Shown piece by piece: positions 1 through 8,549 of a stretch of 64,000 nt of DNA (its first letter is position 1; each line of letters begins with the position of its first letter). This stretch comes from Acidimicrobiales bacterium (GTDB lineage: Bacteria; Patescibacteriota; Minisyncoccia; Phycocordibacterales; UBA918). The notes below the pieces were generated by a model, which was given only the letters and a program-made list of their open reading frames with translations, did not search any database and was not told the origin of the DNA. The stretch is taken from the NCBI GenBank assembly GCA_047638595.1, contig JBLIMJ010000002.1, forward strand, positions 640 to 64,639. Direction: 5' to 3'. A program made the translations under genes and the position numbers.

Positions 1-2
1 AT

Positions 3-329
3 ATGGATGTCGCAACAGCTCGTATCTATAAAGATGCCATTAGCAACGAAGGTCGCGCGTATGGCGCCGGTATAGCGGGATCAATTGCTGAAGTGAAAAA
101 ACAAGTACAGGGTCGACTTGATGGAGAAACAAGGCGTTTTAAAGCAATGTACGGTGTTGACCCTTATCGCACATCAAATTTTGACCTTGTGATTAATACT
201 GCGCGCCATAGTCCTCAGACAGTCGCATTGACTGTGTTTGATACCTACAAAAAATGGTTAAAATCAGATGAATGGACACCGGTGCATTCGGAGGTGCCGA
301 TGGGCTTTTCCTACGACAACCGATATTAA
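3..329 (+). CDS. C-terminal fragment of a cytidylate (CMP) kinase-like protein (5-prime truncated by window edge) with a short extra C-terminal tail
   Basis: IAEVKKQ..RLDGETRR..DLVINTARHS..TV resembles Cmk C-terminus (LAEIKERD..ADALVLDSTTLSIEQV); ORF open to window start. Confidence 0.4.
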   Translation: MDVATARIYKDAISNEGRAYGAGIAGSIAEVKKQVQGRLDGETRRFKAMYGVDPYRTSNFDLVINTARHSPQTVALTVFDTYKKWLKSDEWTPVHSEVPMGFSYDNRY

Positions 330-581
330 TCTTCTGAATATACTCCATCTGCTTCGGCGAGCTTTCAGTTTTCTCGGTCATCGTATAGACATACGCCTCC
401 CTTCCAAACTTCACCTCTTCTCGTATCTCGAGCATCTCAACGCCTCTAACCCCGAGACATCTCAAAACCTAATATCATCTTGAAAGATAGGCTTTTAAAA
501 TCCTAGTTATCCTATACAAATGATAGTATCGCAAAGTCTCATAGCATCTAGAACTACAAAAAAGGTTACGCGACTAAGCTA

Positions 582-1028
582 TTAGGTAGTCTCTATGTTG
601 CTGGAATCAGTATCCTGCTTTACATATATATTGCTTGCAATAAAAAATACCAACACGTTCATTGCTATGGCGATAAGATTTAGAGACATTGCGGTGTCTA
701 TACTATTTCCATCTATAAAGAGATACGCCACAGCCCCAAAGGTAATTAATGGCAATACTAGGGCATACATCAATGACAACTTCACCACTTGAGCTGCATC
801 TTTCAGGGTATACTCCCTTTTTAAGAGATATACTGAACACATGACAGAGAGCCAGATACCCACAAATCCAACAATTCTCAAAAGAATAAGTTGCGATAAG
901 TTTTCAGGGTTATAATCAACAAAGTCCAAAAGAAACTCAATGCCTAAAGCAACAATAAAAGGCAGTGCCAAACCAGCTACAAAATAGTGCTGAACTGCAA
1001 TAAACCATGGAGCTGATTCTTTTTTCAT
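582..1028 (-). CDS. hypothetical polytopic membrane protein (148 aa)
   Basis: ORF with 4 hydrophobic helices; no recognisable family. Confidence 0.45.
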   Translation of the reverse strand: MKKESAPWFIAVQHYFVAGLALPFIVALGIEFLLDFVDYNPENLSQLILLRIVGFVGIWLSVMCSVYLLKREYTLKDAAQVVKLSLMYALVLPLITFGAVAYLFIDGNSIDTAMSLNLIAIAMNVLVFFIASNIYVKQDTDSSNIETT

Positions 1029-1090
1029 ACACGATTGATTACGTACCTAAAATAATACTCAATAATAACACCCTCCCTCAAAAATAAAAA

Positions 1091-1121
1091 CACGACACCT
1101 AAAGGGTGTCGTGTTTTTTCA
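1091..1121. terminator. intrinsic terminator hairpin ACACGACACC-TAAA-GGGTGTCGTGT followed by TTTTTT (A-run on other side, bidirectional)
   Basis: perfect 10-bp stem plus T-run read directly. Confidence 0.6.
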
Positions 1122-1129
1122 ATCTAATC

Positions 1130-1465
1130 CACCTAAGGTTCTAAAATCAATAGATGATTCTAGATACGAGGTGTGCAAGGAAGTGAGTGCGAGCCGTACT
1201 TGAGATACGGTGTGAGAAAGTGTTTAAACACTTTTGCAAGAGGTTGCCTGGTATTTTCTTTAGAAAATAATGACAACCTGTACAGCTTCTGTAAGAAGAG
1301 TTATTTCGCGAAACGTAACGAAGTTAATGAAGTGATGTTCAGAAATAAAAAGTGACTGTGGATACGAGGCGGGCAAGAAAAAAGGTCCAAGGCGTACTGA
1401 GTGGTACGGCGTCGGACCTTTTTTCGTAGCCTAACGAAGTAGACGTAGTGATTTTTTATTTCTGA
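1130..1465 (-). repeat. about 2.5 tandem copies of a terminator-associated structured module downstream of secY (hairpin-in-hairpin with GATACGAGG..GCAAG..CGTAC-loop-GTACGG core)
   Basis: repeated motifs gatacgagg(t/c)g(t/g)gcaag(g)aa and (g/c)cgtac..gtacgg at 1150-1213 and 1358-1420; repeated aacgaagt..agtgat at 1305-1335 and 1431-1458. Confidence 0.6.
1376..1426 (-). terminator. secY terminator: outer stem AAAAAAGGTCC/GGACCTTTTTT enclosing inner hairpin GGCGTAC-TGAGTG-GTACGGCG
   Basis: read from sequence immediately 3-prime of secY stop. Confidence 0.65.
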
Positions 1466-2740
1466 TTAGTACTCTCGTAGACTGACTTGTGCGTCGATCT
1501 TTCGGATTAGGTCAAGCACCACGTTCACCACAATAAGTAACGCAGTACCTCCAATAGCGAGCGAGGTTACTCCAGTGAACACTGTCATTCCTACTGGGAA
1601 TACTGCAATAAATCCAAGGAATCCAGCACCAACAAGTGTCAGACGTGTAATCACGTTACCAAGGTATTGTGCAGTGTGTGCTCCTGGTCGAATACCGGGA
1701 ACAAACGCTCCACTTCGTTGCAGGTTCTTCGAAATCTGTTCAGGATCGAACGTCACTGCTGTGTAGAAGAAGGTAAAGAGGAATACCAGTATAAAGTACG
1801 TAATTCCGTACATTACCTGATTGCTAATAAACCAATTTACTGCATCCAACGCCCCTGGTACCCAAGTAAAATTAAATGCTGAAAGAATATTCAGAATCAT
1901 CTGTGGGAATAGAAGGATTGAAAGTGCAAAAATGATTGGGATTACACCAGCTTGGTTCAAGCGCAATGGGAGGTATGACTGACTTCCGCCGTATGTCTTA
2001 GTCCCACGACTTTGTTTTGCGTAAGTAATCGGTATCGGACGCTCCGCTTCAGTCATCACTACAACGGCATAGATAATAGCGAGTCCTATAAAGACAAATC
2101 CTATATACAATGGAAGTTGTGATGGGTCAGTAAACGCAAATGCCAACTGACTCATGGTCTGAGGGATACTCGCAACAATTCCAGCAAAGATAATAATGGA
2201 TACACCATTACCAATACCAAATTCGGTGACCAATTCACCAACCCACATAAGAAGGAGTGACCCTGCAACAATCAGCATGACATTGACTCCAAATTCAAAT
2301 GAAGAAAGCCCTGAAATCACACCCTGGTTTTGCAAGAGTGAGAGAAATCCAAAACCTTGTAAAATTGCCAACGGTAATGTGAGCATACGCCCGTATTGTT
2401 GGAATTTTGCACGTCCTGATTCTCCGTCTTCTGAGTGCATCGCTTTCAGGCGTGGTGACATCACCGTTGAAAGCTGCATGATAATTGAGGCAGTAATGTA
2501 CGGCCCGACACCAAGCATTACAATCGAAAGGTTAGCCAATCCACCTCCAGAAAACATGTTCATCAAACCAAGGAATTCGTTATTTGAGAAGAACTGTTCC
2601 AAAACAGCTACGTCAACACCAGGAATTGGTATTGCGGCGAGTGCTCGAAAGATTATCAATGCACCGAGTACAAAAAAGATTCGGTTTCGAATTGTTTTCT
2701 CAGTGAAAGCTATCTTGAGCTTATGAATGAATTTCTGCAT
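1466..2740 (-). CDS. secY: preprotein translocase subunit SecY
   Basis: 424 aa, 10 TM helices, strong SecY similarity (GIGNGVSIIIFAGIV, plug and hinge regions). Confidence 0.95.
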   Translation of the reverse strand: MQKFIHKLKIAFTEKTIRNRIFFVLGALIIFRALAAIPIPGVDVAVLEQFFSNNEFLGLMNMFSGGGLANLSIVMLGVGPYITASIIMQLSTVMSPRLKAMHSEDGESGRAKFQQYGRMLTLPLAILQGFGFLSLLQNQGVISGLSSFEFGVNVMLIVAGSLLLMWVGELVTEFGIGNGVSIIIFAGIVASIPQTMSQLAFAFTDPSQLPLYIGFVFIGLAIIYAVVVMTEAERPIPITYAKQSRGTKTYGGSQSYLPLRLNQAGVIPIIFALSILLFPQMILNILSAFNFTWVPGALDAVNWFISNQVMYGITYFILVFLFTFFYTAVTFDPEQISKNLQRSGAFVPGIRPGAHTAQYLGNVITRLTLVGAGFLGFIAVFPVGMTVFTGVTSLAIGGTALLIVVNVVLDLIRKIDAQVSLREY

Positions 2741-2817
2741 TTTATAATTTCCGTATTAACTAATGTTTCGTATTTTAGCATGGAAAGAGCACCAGAGGTG
2801 CTCTTTACTCACTATTC

Positions 2818-3267
2818 TTACGCTACTGTTCCACCTGCTTTCTCAATCTTCGCTTTCGCTGAAGCAGATACTTCACATGCAGTAACAGTCAGTTTAAGAG
2901 AAAGTTCTCCTGTACCGAGTATTTTAACTGCAGGCGCTTTCTTGCGTCGTGATGAGATAAGACCTGAAGCAACAAGTGTTTTTGGATTTACCTCTGCACC
3001 TGCTTTAAATCCAGCTTCAAGTGCACTTACGTTAATCACTGTAGGCATTATCTTTTCAGCATTCACAGTCTTAGCACGGTTGATACCGTGACCTCGAAGC
3101 TTTGGAATCTTCTTGATAATCTCACGCATTTCTGGACGTGTACTGTTACCAGCACGAGCTGCTTGTCCTTTGTGCCCCCTTCCAGAGGTCTTACCACGCT
3201 TACCACCACGACCAATTCGTTTCTCAGTCTTTCGTGCGGTTGTTGGTTTTAATTCGTGTAATTGCAT
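2818..3267 (-). CDS. rplO: 50S ribosomal protein L15
   Basis: KRIGRGGKRGKTSGRGHKGQ motif; operon position before secY. Confidence 0.9.
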   Translation of the reverse strand: MQLHELKPTTARKTEKRIGRGGKRGKTSGRGHKGQAARAGNSTRPEMREIIKKIPKLRGHGINRAKTVNAEKIMPTVINVSALEAGFKAGAEVNPKTLVASGLISSRRKKAPAVKILGTGELSLKLTVTACEVSASAKAKIEKAGGTVA

Positions 3268-3268
3268 A

Positions 3269-3967
3269 TTATGAGCTTTTTAGTTGCTTAAGTGCTTCAA
3301 CAGCAGCCTTCGCGTTATTAAGCTTATTCTTCGACCGAGAAAAAATCTTTGCAGTAACGTCCTTTACTCCTGCGAGCTCAAGTACGGTACGTACTGATGA
3401 CCCCGCTACAAGTCCACGACCTGGTGCGGGCATCATCATCACTTCACTTGACGCATATTTTACATGTACATCATGAGGAATATGTTGATCTTTATTCATC
3501 GGTACGACAATCATATTCTTCTTCGCGTTACGTGCTGCTTTTTCAATAGCAAGTTGTGTATCTCCTGCTTTACCAACACCTACACCAACTTTTCCTTTCT
3601 TGTCACCAATAACCATTGAGACAGAGAATGAGAATCGTCGTCCACCAGCCATAACTCGAGTTACACGGCGGATACTTACAATTTTTTGTTCAAATTCTTG
3701 TCGAGGACGTTCAGTTCGTCGTCCACCACGTCGAGGACGTCGCGGATTACGCTGATTTCGTCGATCACCACTTGCGTGTGAGCTGCCAGAGCTTCGTCCA
3801 GGCGTAGCGCCTTTTGATTCTGTAGCATCAACAGCAGCGGGTGCATCGGTAGAAGCGGGTGTTTCCACAGGAGCAGATGCTTCTGTTTTCGTTTCTGTCG
3901 CTTCAGGTGCTGGGGTAGAGACTGTTGTCTCTTCCGTTGTAGCTTCCTGCTTTGTTTCTTCTGACAT
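3269..3967 (-). CDS. rpsE: 30S ribosomal protein S5 with about 90-aa N-terminal T/E/A/P- and Arg-rich extension
   Basis: C-terminal 150 aa match S5 (VTRVMAGGRRFSFSV..GDKKGKVGVGVGKA); N-terminal low complexity. Confidence 0.9.
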   Translation of the reverse strand: MSEETKQEATTEETTVSTPAPEATETKTEASAPVETPASTDAPAAVDATESKGATPGRSSGSSHASGDRRNQRNPRRPRRGGRRTERPRQEFEQKIVSIRRVTRVMAGGRRFSFSVSMVIGDKKGKVGVGVGKAGDTQLAIEKAARNAKKNMIVVPMNKDQHIPHDVHVKYASSEVMMMPAPGRGLVAGSSVRTVLELAGVKDVTAKIFSRSKNKLNNAKAAVEALKQLKSS

Positions 3968-3985
3968 ATATATTCAGATTAGTGA

Positions 3986-4336
3986 TTAAAATTTGAGACC
4001 AGCTTCACGGGCACCAGTTGCTAATGCAGCCACTGCTCCTTGATACTTGAAACCTCCTCGGTCAAATACTGCTGATTCTATACCTGCCTTCTTTGCTGCT
4101 TGCCCAAGGGTAGTTCCTACCTCTACTGCACGTTCTGAAAGTGTTCCCTTTCCTACCTTTCGTGAATCAGCTGATGCAAGTGTTGCATTAGTTTCATCAT
4201 TAATCAGTTGTGCATAGATGTATCGGTTACTACGAAATACCGCAAGACGAGGTGTAGTAGCAGATCCGATAACACGTGAACGAATGCGAGCATGTCGTCG
4301 TGTGCGTGTTTCTTTTTTGTGAATTGTTTTTTTCAT
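3986..4336 (-). CDS. rplR: 50S ribosomal protein L18
   Basis: RRHARIRSRV..PRLAVFRSNRYIYAQLIND typical L18. Confidence 0.9.
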   Translation of the reverse strand: MKKTIHKKETRTRRHARIRSRVIGSATTPRLAVFRSNRYIYAQLINDETNATLASADSRKVGKGTLSERAVEVGTTLGQAAKKAGIESAVFDRGGFKYQGAVAALATGAREAGLKF

Positions 4337-4371
4337 AATAGATCTTTAGATATGTAATGGTTTAAATTGCT

Positions 4372-4552
4372 TTAGATACGAGACGAGTGATGAAAATAAT
4401 TTGAGTCGTACACATGTTCCTTACAGGAACTGTACAGGTTGTCGATATTTCTAAAGAAATATCTGGCAACCTCTTGCGAAAGCCTCCCAGGCTTTCTCAC
4501 AACTAAAATTATTTTTTGAAACTCAACGACGTAGATGAAGTGATTTAAAGTA
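4372..4552 (-). repeat. structured intergenic module between rplR and rplF, same family as the secY/rpsG downstream modules
   Basis: contains agatacgag, gagtcgtaca..tgtacagg, and aacgacgtagatgaagtgat motifs shared with 1130-1465. Confidence 0.5.
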
Positions 4553-5086
4553 TTACACCGCTTTCTTACCTTGTTTACGGATGACATATTCCCCTTGATA
4601 CCGAATTCCTTTCCCTTTGTATGGTTCAGGTGGTTTAACCTTACGGATGTTTGCAGCAAACTGGCCGACTGCATGCTTATCAATACCTGAAACGGTAATG
4701 ACACTCTTTTCTACTGTTGTAGTCATGCCTTCTGGTACATCCATCAGTACAGGATGTGAGAATCCTACGCTGATAGTAAGTTTCTGTCCTTGTACTTCAG
4801 CACGGTACCCTACTCCTTCAATTTCAAGTACTTTACTGAACCCTTCAGTAACTCCTGTAACTAAGTTTCGTGCAAGTGCTGCGTAGGTACCCCAGAGAGC
4901 TTGTGCTGCCTTGGTTTCCTTTGCTGGTGCAAGAGTAATGACGCCATCTGCGACCACCACTGTTACATCTTCGCGCATATCTTGCGTCAACGTCCCTTTG
5001 GGACCTTTCACTGTAAGTACTCCGTCTGCAAATGTTACGTCAACACCTGCCGGAATAGTTACTGGAATTTTTCCTAATCGACTCAT
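4553..5086 (-). CDS. rplF: 50S ribosomal protein L6 (start taken at MSRLGKIPV; ORF extends 20 codons further upstream)
   Basis: MSRLGKIPVTIPAGVDV..; two repeated L6 domains. Confidence 0.9.
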   Translation of the reverse strand: MSRLGKIPVTIPAGVDVTFADGVLTVKGPKGTLTQDMREDVTVVVADGVITLAPAKETKAAQALWGTYAALARNLVTGVTEGFSKVLEIEGVGYRAEVQGQKLTISVGFSHPVLMDVPEGMTTTVEKSVITVSGIDKHAVGQFAANIRKVKPPEPYKGKGIRYQGEYVIRKQGKKAV

Positions 5087-5087
5087 A

Positions 5088-5483
5088 TTACCAGATGATA
5101 AAGAGTTGCTCTCCTCCAACGTTTGCCTTACGTGCATCTTCTCCATTGAGGATACCTACTGGCGTTGAAAGGATCATTTTCCCTTTACCGAACTTAACTG
5201 GATAAATTTCTGTAGCTTTTGTATAGACTCGACGACCTGGCTTTGAAACTCGTTTTACGCCACTGATTCGGTGTGAACCATTTGCGTCATACTGAAGCTT
5301 CATGTCCAAAGACTTAGCTACGCCTTCTCCTTTTGTTTCTGCTGTTACGAGATATCCTTCCTTTACAAGCTTATCTGCAATTGCATGCTTTAGCTTTGAA
5401 TACGGAAGTGATACTTCTTTGTTCCCTACCATTCCAGCGTTTTTCAACTGGATGATGAAATCTCCTACTGTATCGCCTACCAT
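5088..5483 (-). CDS. rpsH: 30S ribosomal protein S8
   Basis: MVGDTVGDFIIQLKNA..; conserved S8 C-terminus GGEQLFIIW. Confidence 0.9.
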   Translation of the reverse strand: MVGDTVGDFIIQLKNAGMVGNKEVSLPYSKLKHAIADKLVKEGYLVTAETKGEGVAKSLDMKLQYDANGSHRISGVKRVSKPGRRVYTKATEIYPVKFGKGKMILSTPVGILNGEDARKANVGGEQLFIIW

Positions 5484-5662
5484 GATGATTTCTTAATTCC
5501 TGGTATATGTCCTTCGTTTGCTTGCTCTCGGAAGCAGATTCGACAAAGGTCGAAGTCCCGCATGTATCCTCGTTTACGACCACACTGGTTGCAACGACGC
5601 ACTACACGAGATTTGAATTTCGGTACGCGTAGCGACCGAATAATTACTGACTTTCGTGCCAT
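5477..5662 (-). CDS. rpsZ: 30S ribosomal protein S14 type Z (zinc-binding)
   Basis: 61 aa, CNQCGRKRGYMRDFDLCRIC Cys4 motif. Confidence 0.9.
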   Translation of the reverse strand: MARKSVIIRSLRVPKFKSRVVRRCNQCGRKRGYMRDFDLCRICFREQANEGHIPGIKKSSW

Positions 5663-6333
5663 ATATTTATATTTTCTTAGGATAGTTTCATGAAGATGTC
5701 ATGACTTTCCTCTAATAATCCGGCTTGCTCACTTTCGCAAGTTCGCCTTCCACGTATACGTACTGCATGGTCACCCATAGCACAAAACACGCCTTCTGTT
5801 GCAAACTTTGAGAATCTTTCGATTATCCCGTTAGTTTGACTACAACAGAGCGGTCCTTCTTCACCTTCCTATTAAAGAATATGTGAGAGATGCGTATATC
5901 GCTTCGTGCACTAATATAGCAAAATACCCCATGAAGTCAATGGTAAAATCACTATTCTTACCCTTTTCAGGCGGTTGCTTTCTAAAGAAAACAACCGCCT
6001 GAAACACCTAGAAAGAGCTAAACACCCAAAATCAGGGCCATTTTGGGTGTTTATCTAAAATTCATATACAAAAACACGACAGCGAAGCTGTCGTGTTTTT
6101 GTATAGAGTTACCTCTTCGAACCGTTACGTTCTGTATCTGAGTTTTCAGTAATGTTTGACTTTCAACGGTACCGTCAAGTTTCTAAGTAAAATTTGTACT
6201 ACGTACAAATTCTACTAAGAACTTCCTGGCCGGACTCGACCGTTCTTTCTCTATGAAGAGAAAGAACATGTCTCCGACTTTTACCACTGAACGAAAGCAA
6301 AACTGTTTGCTTTCTAAAAACCAGAATCAGAAA
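5663..6333. other. 670-bp hairpin-rich noncoding spacer inside the spc cluster (between rplE and rpsZ); no ORF of 60 aa or more
   Basis: hairpins at 5964-6003, 6019-6051, 6070-6101, 6212-6236 and 6275-6375 (12-bp arms TTTACCACTGAA/TTCAGTGGTAAA enclosing the rplE 3-prime end). Confidence 0.6.
6070..6101. terminator. intrinsic terminator-like hairpin ACACGACAGC-GAAG-GCTGTCGTGT flanked by A-run/T-run, in the middle of the spc cluster
   Basis: perfect 10-bp stem; same ACACGACA stem motif as terminator at 1091. Confidence 0.55.
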
Positions 6334-6891
6334 CTATTTAGTTTCAGTTTCTGCTTTTTTCAGTGGTAAACCGATATGTCGTAAAAGCGCTTCAGCCTCC
6401 GCAGGAGTCTTTGCGGTTGTTACGATAGTTATCGCTAGACCAAACACATCTTTAATATCCTCGTTTACTGTTTCTGGGAAGATCGTATGGTCTTTCAGAC
6501 CAAGTGTGATGTTTCCCATTTCATCGATAGCTGTTGCATTTAACCCACGGAAGTCGCGAGTTTGTGGCAAAGCAACGTCGATAAGCTTATCGAGGAATGT
6601 TCGCATACGTTCGCCACGAAGTGTGACTTGGTATCCAACAATATCCCCTTCTCGTAGCTTGAAAGTCGCAATTGACATTCGAGCTGCTCGAGGTGACGCT
6701 TTCTGACCTGTAATCTGAGCAAGTCGATCTTGAATAAGAGCAATCTTATTTTTATCATCAATCTTACCAGTGCCCGTAGAAACGATAACCTTCTCAATAC
6801 GTGGTGCTTGCATTACGTTTGTGTATGCGAATGTATCCTTAAGAGAATCATACACGGCCGCAAGCTTTGTTTGCATATTTAATGTTGCCAT
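6334..6891 (-). CDS. rplE: 50S ribosomal protein L5
   Basis: 185 aa; KVIVSTGTG..; operon context. Confidence 0.9.
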   Translation of the reverse strand: MATLNMQTKLAAVYDSLKDTFAYTNVMQAPRIEKVIVSTGTGKIDDKNKIALIQDRLAQITGQKASPRAARMSIATFKLREGDIVGYQVTLRGERMRTFLDKLIDVALPQTRDFRGLNATAIDEMGNITLGLKDHTIFPETVNEDIKDVFGLAITIVTTAKTPAEAEALLRHIGLPLKKAETETK

Positions 6892-6893
6892 AA

Positions 6894-7205
6894 TTAGATT
6901 TTCTTACCTGAAGGTCGTGCAACACGAACCTTCGTAGTCTTATCACCATCTGTTTCGACCATGTATCCTACACGTACCGCCTTCTTACCTTCTAAGAGTG
7001 CTACGTTTGAAACATGAATGGGTGTACTTTTTTCAACAATTTGACCTGCTGATCGAGCACGTTTGTTCTTCTGGTGTCGTGTGACTACATTTACACCATC
7101 GATGAGTACTTTTTCAGTCTTTGGAAAAGCCTGTTCAACAATACCTGTCTTCCCTTTGCTTTTACCAGCGATCACGATGACGTTGTCTCCTTTTTTGATT
7201 TTCAT
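6894..7205 (-). CDS. rplX: 50S ribosomal protein L24
   Basis: MKIKKGDNVIVIAGKSKGKTG KOW motif. Confidence 0.9.
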   Translation of the reverse strand: MKIKKGDNVIVIAGKSKGKTGIVEQAFPKTEKVLIDGVNVVTRHQKNKRARSAGQIVEKSTPIHVSNVALLEGKKAVRVGYMVETDGDKTTKVRVARPSGKKI

Positions 7206-7222
7206 ACGAATTTCTATTTAGA

Positions 7223-7594
7223 TTAAACGACTTCGGGAGCCAGAGATACAATCTTCTGGAAACCAGCCTCTGATAATTCACGTGGGATAGGGCCAAACAC
7301 ACGGTTTGCCTTAGGTTCCTTCTTTTCTTTATCAATGAGGACAACAGCGTTGTCATCAAATGACACATACGAACCATCTTTTCGACGGTACGCTTTCCTC
7401 TGACGCACTACTACACCACACACGACGTCTTTCTTTTTAACGCCTTTACGTGGTTCAGCAGATTGTACTGAAAGAATTACCAACTCGCCTAGTTCAGCAT
7501 AACGCTTCTTAGAACCGCCAAGTACCTTAAATACTCGACCAATCTTACCTCCAGAGTTGTCAGTAATCTTTACAATTGTTTGTGGTTGTATCAT
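7223..7594 (-). CDS. rplN: 50S ribosomal protein L14
   Basis: MIQPQTIVKITDNSG typical L14 N-terminus. Confidence 0.92.
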   Translation of the reverse strand: MIQPQTIVKITDNSGGKIGRVFKVLGGSKKRYAELGELVILSVQSAEPRKGVKKKDVVCGVVVRQRKAYRRKDGSYVSFDDNAVVLIDKEKKEPKANRVFGPIPRELSEAGFQKIVSLAPEVV

Positions 7595-7598
7595 ACGC

Positions 7599-7874
7599 TT
7601 ATGCTTTTACGAGTTCAAAGTATTTTCGCTTTGAAACGGGACGAGTCTCCTTGATTTCGACCTTTTGACCTATAGTAGCTGTATTACCAGCATCATGCAC
7701 GAGATACTTCTTTGTACGTCGTTGATACTTCTTGTACTTTGGGTGCTTCACAAATCGTTCAACAGCCACTGTACAGGTATCTTGCATCTTCGCAGCAACA
7801 ACAGTTCCGCGTAGTACGCGTCCTCCTGTCTTTACTTCCGCTGTTGCTTCGGTTGTTTCTTTTTTACCAAACAT
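7599..7874 (-). CDS. rpsQ: 30S ribosomal protein S17
   Basis: GTVVAAKMQDTCTVAVERFVKHPKYKK typical S17. Confidence 0.9.
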   Translation of the reverse strand: MFGKKETTEATAEVKTGGRVLRGTVVAAKMQDTCTVAVERFVKHPKYKKYQRRTKKYLVHDAGNTATIGQKVEIKETRPVSKRKYFELVKA

Positions 7875-7879
7875 ACCAA

Positions 7880-8098
7880 TTATGCGTTTTTGTTAGACTG
7901 TTTTGCATTCCGTGCGTTGAGCTCCGTGAGGCTTCGTGCAACGTTTTTCTTGGCAGTACGAACTACCTTTACGTCACCCGTACCTGCACCAGCTGCACCA
8001 AAGCGAGATGAACGGAGTGCTTCTCGCTGTTCTTGAACAAAAGAAACAATCTCCGCATCACTCTTCTTTTGAATATCTTTATAGTTACTCATAGTCAC
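7880..8098 (-). CDS. rpmC: 50S ribosomal protein L29
   Basis: 72 aa, position between rplP and rpsQ. Confidence 0.85.
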   Translation of the reverse strand: MTMSNYKDIQKKSDAEIVSFVQEQREALRSSRFGAAGAGTGDVKVVRTAKKNVARSLTELNARNAKQSNKNA

Positions 8099-8103
8099 TT
8101 TGA

Positions 8104-8538
8104 TTACACACGAGTCTCTTCACGCTTCACAAACTTTGCTTTTACAGGGAGCTTACAAGCTGCCTTTCGCAATGCTTCTCGCGCGATTTCTTCAGAGACA
8201 CCGTCAATTTCGAATAATATACGACCGGGACGTACTTCAAACATGAAGTATTCAGGATCACCTTTACCTTTACCCATACCCATCTCGGCAGGTTTTTTGG
8301 TTACTGGCCGATCCGGAAAGATACGAATCCAAATCTTACCTGTTTTACCGAGTGTTCGTGAGATAACACGACGTGCAGCTTCAATCTGGTTTGATCGCAC
8401 ACGTGCTTGCGCAGTTGCTTTCAATCCGTATGAACCAAATGCTACGGTGACACCTCGTGTGTCAGGTCGCAATAGTTTTGCTGGACTTCTTCGCATCACT
8501 TGCCACTTACGGTGCTTTACCTTTTTTGGAAATAACAT
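8104..8538 (-). CDS. rplP: 50S ribosomal protein L16
   Basis: MLFPKKVKHRK..; GMGKGKGDPEY motif. Confidence 0.92.
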   Translation of the reverse strand: MLFPKKVKHRKWQVMRRSPAKLLRPDTRGVTVAFGSYGLKATAQARVRSNQIEAARRVISRTLGKTGKIWIRIFPDRPVTKKPAEMGMGKGKGDPEYFMFEVRPGRILFEIDGVSEEIAREALRKAACKLPVKAKFVKREETRV

Positions 8539-8549
8539 AACGTGGTTAC

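Noticed and set aside
1173-1355. 60-aa plus-strand ORF
   Set aside because: Falls entirely within the tandem terminator-module repeats downstream of secY.
5700-5880. 35-aa minus-strand ORF (MGDHAVRIRGRRTCESEQAGLLEESHDIFMKLS) inside the rplE-rpsZ spacer
   Set aside because: No RBS, no similarity to L36/S14-class zinc ribbons; spacer more likely RNA-structural.
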